Assembly (NCBI GenBank): GCA_038142325.1
Contig: JAYQJW010000002.1
Location: 448,001-512,000, forward strand
Direction: 5' to 3'
DNA length: 64,000 nt
Source: Gammaproteobacteria bacterium
GTDB taxonomy: Bacteria; Pseudomonadota; Gammaproteobacteria; GCA-002705445; GCA-002716945
Below the pieces are notes generated by a model. It was not told where the DNA came from. It searched no databases and saw nothing but the letters and a program-made list of their open reading frames with translations. Shown piece by piece: positions 60,315-64,000 of the stretch (position 1 is its first letter; every line of letters begins with the position of its first letter). A program made the position numbers and the translations under genes.

Positions 60315-61583
60315 ATGGACGATAATACAAAAAATTCATCTAAGTTACTTCACTGTTCTTTCTGCGGTAAGAATCAAAACGAGGTCGCCAAATTAATAGC
60401 TGGTCCATCTGTTTTTATATGTGATGAATGTGTTGATTTATGTAATGAAATTATTAGTGTTGAGCTAGAGGAGAAATCAGCGCAATCAAAAGAAAAGTTA
60501 CCTAAACCTCATGAAATAAATGATATTTTAGACAATTATGTTATTGGTCAACCACACGCTAAAAAAGTTCTATCTGTTGCTGTCTACAATCATTACAAGA
60601 AGCTTAATATTACTCCTAAAAAAAATGATGTTGAATTAAACAAAAGCAATATCTTGCTCATTGGACCAACAGGTTCTGGAAAAACACTACTTGCTGAGAC
60701 ACTTGCAAGACTACTGAATGTCCCTTTTACCATTGCTGACGCAACAACACTTACCGAAGCTGGATATGTAGGTGAAGATGTTGAAAATATAATACAGAAA
60801 TTATTACAAAAATGTGATTATGATGTAGAGAAAGCGCAAACTGGGATAGTGTATATTGATGAAATTGATAAAATTTCTAGAAAATCGGATAATCCATCTA
60901 TTACAAGAGATGTATCAGGCGATGGAGTTCAACAGGCATTATTATAGCTTATAGAAGGAACTATTGCATCTGTACCTCCTCAAGGTGGAAGAAAACATCC
61001 TCAACAAGAATTCCTTCAAGTTGACACATCCAATATGCTATTTATCGTGGGTGGAGCATTCTCTGGATTAGACAAAATAATTAACCAGAGAAAAAATGAT
61101 TCTGGAATAGGTTTCTCAGCAAAGGTAAAAGATATTAAAGCTGACAAATCATTTTCACAGACATTAGATAGTGTTGGCCCTGAGGATCTTATCAAGTTTG
61201 GTTTAATTCCTGAGTTCGTTGGAAGATTGCCTGTTACCGCAACACTTGATGAGCTTGATGAAAAGTCACTAATAAGAATACTTACAGAGCCGAAAAATGC
61301 CCTTGTTAATCAATACAAAAAACTATTTGATATGGAAGGATGTGAGCTTGAATTTAGACAAGATGCATTATCTGCAATTGCTAAAAAAGCTATGAAAAGA
61401 AAAACTGGAGCTAGAGGCCTGAGAACATTAATTGAAAGTCTTTTGCTAGATACAATGTACGATCTTCCATCTCAAGAGGATATAGTCAAAGTTGTTATCG
61501 ACAAGAACGTTGTTGATGCTGAATCTAAGCCGTTAATAATTTATAAGTCTAAGAGCGGCGAAAAAGAAGTTAGTAAGTCTTGA
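60315..61583 (+). CDS. clpX: ATP-dependent Clp protease ATPase ClpX; in-frame TAG at 60945-60947 replaces a conserved Lys
   Basis: 'CSFCGK' zinc domain, 'GPTGSGKT', 'RDVSG.GVQQALL*LIEG', 'GRKHP', IGF loop; both ORF halves share one frame. Confidence 0.96.
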
Positions 61584-61604
61584 TAATTTAAAATTCGACC
61601 ATAG
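61579..61604 (+). promoter_or_regulatory. Possible sigma32 (heat-shock) promoter for lon
   Basis: CTTGAT...ACCAT upstream of lon; spacing is slightly short of the consensus. Confidence 0.3.
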
Positions 61605-61613
61605 ATTAGTGTT

Positions 61614-64000
61614 ATGAAGAAAAAGTATTTATCACTTCCGTTATTGCCTCTCAGGGATGTAGTTATTTATCCTAATATGGTTGTACCTCTATTTGTTGGA
61701 AGGGACTTATCGATTAAATCTTTAGATGAATCTATGAATAATCATCACAAAAATATTGTTCTTGTGACACAAAAGAGCGCCCAAGTTGATGATCCAGATG
61801 CAAATGATTTGTATAAAATTGGAACTGAAGCAAATATACTTCAGCTGCTAAAATTACCCGATGGAACTATGAAAGTTTTAGTTGAGGGTGTCTCTCGTGT
61901 CGAAATTAATAAAATTGAAAATAACAGCATATTAACATGCACATATTCTCATTTGGATAGTGAAAATCTTGATAATGATAATCAGCACGATGCATTATTC
62001 AGAACATTGGAGGATACATTCTCAAATTATGTAAAGCTAAACAAAAAAGTCCCACCTGAAGTTATATCTTCAGTAACAGGTATAGATGATTTATCTAAAC
62101 TTGCTGACAGTATAGCTGCTCACATGACATTAAAACTTGATGAGAAACAGCAAGTTTTAGAACTTATAGACATAAAAAAACGTTGTGAATACTTAATTAA
62201 AGCTATGGAGGGTGAGCTAGATATTCTTCATGTTGAGAAGAAAATAAGGAGTCGAGTTAAACAGCAAATGGAAAAGAGTCAGAGAGAATATTACCTCAAC
62301 GAACAAATGAAAGCCATTCAAAAAGAACTTGGCGAAATTGGAGACGATAATAATGATATAGATCAACTCCTAAATAAAATCAAATCTCTTAAACTCCCTG
62401 GCTGATGCACATGAAAAAGCAATGAGTGAATTTAATAAACTAAAAATGATGTCACCAATGTCTGCTGAGGCTACTGTGGTAAGAAATTATCTAGATATTC
62501 TTGTAAGCTTACCATGGAACCAATCGACTGAGATATCAACAGATATGGTAAGTGCTAATAAAATACTCGAAGATGATCATCATGGACTTGAAAAAGTCAA
62601 AGAGAGAATACTTGAGTATTTAGCAGTTACAAAAAGAGTAAATAAAATCAGAGGTCCTATTTTATGCTTAGTTGGACCACCTGGTGTCGGTAAGACATCA
62701 TTAGCAAAATCTATAGCTAGATCTACATCTCGTAAGTTTATTAAGATGTCACTTGGAGGGGTAAGGGACGAAGCTGAAATAAGAGGGCATCGTAAGACTT
62801 ATATAGGATCAATGCCTGGAAAGATAATGCAAAATCTTGGTAAAGTTAAAACTAATAACCCTTTATTTTTACTTGATGAAATAGATAAAATGGCTATGGA
62901 CTTCAGAGGAGATCCATCATCTGCGCTTCTTGAAGTATTAGATCCTGAGCAAAATAATGCATTTAATGATCATTACCTTGAGGTAGATTTTGATCTATCG
63001 AATATTATGTTTATCGCTACTGCGAACTCAACTGATACAATACCTGCACCTCTTTTAGATAGAATGGAGGTAATTAGACTACCGGGATATACCCAGAATG
63101 AGAAACTTGAGATTGCTAAAAAATATTTAGTTCCAAAGCAATTCAAAATGAACGGCTTAAAAAGCAATGAACTTACTATATCTATTAAAACTATTAAAGA
63201 CATCATAAGTAGTTATACAAGAGAAGCCGGAGTAAGAAGTCTAGATAGAGAAATAAATAAAATTTGCAGAAAAGTTGTTAAAGAAATTTTAATGTCAGAT
63301 AAAACTAAACTAAAAATATTACCGAATGAAATAGAAAATTATCTTGGTGTCAGAAGATTCTCCTCAATGATGCGTGATAAAAAAGATATGATAGGTCAAG
63401 CAAATGGCCTTGCTTGGACATCTGTTGGTGGTGAAATGTTAAGAGTTGAGTGTGAAGCTATGTCTGGAAAGGGAAAAATTACACAAACAGGACAACTTGG
63501 TGATGTAATGCAAGAATCTATTAAGGCAGCTATAACCGTTGTGAAGACGAGATCATTAGATTTAGCGATAGATTTAGAAGATTTTGATAAAAAAGATATT
63601 CACATACATGTGCCCGAGGGAGCAACACCCAAAGATGGTCCTAGTGCTGGGATAACTATGGCCCTAGCAGTTGCTTCGGCTTTATCTAATATACCAATCA
63701 AATCTGATATTGCGATGACTGGCGAGATAACTTTAAGAGGCGAAGTGCTTGAGATAGGCGGTCTCAAAGAAAAACTCTTAGCGGCTCAAAGATCTGGCAT
63801 AAAAGAAGTCATTATTCCAAAAGATAATGAAAAAGATCTTAGAGATATCCCTAGTATTATTTTAGATAAACTAAAAATAAACGCTGTTAAATTTGTTGAT
63901 GAAGTGTTTGCTATAGCTCTAAAAAGCAAACCAATTAAATCAAAATCTAAAGTGACTAAAACTAGTCCCGAAAAGAATAAGGTAGAAAATATTTCTAAAA
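61614..64000 (+). CDS. lon: Lon protease; frameshift near 62400, runs off the window edge
   Basis: 'LPLRDVV', 'QREYYLNEQ', '[10 protein letters not shown]', '[15 protein letters not shown]', 'IGGLKEK'. Confidence 0.97.

Noticed and set aside
60945-60947. In-frame TAG in clpX (and TAG at 36988-36990 in serS) as amber recoding
   Set aside because: TAG is a genuine stop for yebC, yeeE, tusA and cysS in this window; AAG to TAG is a single substitution, and the serS case also changes frame

Overview
AT-rich (about 30% GC by eye), very compact chromosomal segment of a streamlined, probably marine, Gammaproteobacterium. It is mostly core genes: aspS, nadA/B, ruvC, queE/C, ilvIHC, leuA, trpS, scpAB, surE-pcm, hom-thrC, trxB, ftsK, serS, dnaX-recR, rpoE-degP-lepAB-rnc-era-recO, cysS, tig-clpPX-lon, plus 7 tRNA genes, none encoding CCA. 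The main accessory content is a thiosulfate-oxidation locus (soxXYZA, a YeeE/YedE transporter, an exported alpha/beta hydrolase and a lipoprotein, with no soxB or soxCD in the window) and a 4-gene islet after tRNA-Ser(GGA). About 23 frameshifts or premature stops hit essential genes and are best read as sequencing/assembly errors. Most interesting observations: (1) the sox-linked hydrolase, whose signal peptide begins at or inside the 3' end of tRNA-Lys with no canonical start codon; (2) tRNAs placed as punctuation between CDSs; (3) an A11 run in the dnaX linker that would yield a gamma-length subunit by slippage; (4) a palindrome over an apparently leaderless soxX promoter; (5) repeated clean loss of genes from conserved operons. 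No CRISPR array, integrase, transposase or rRNA was seen.
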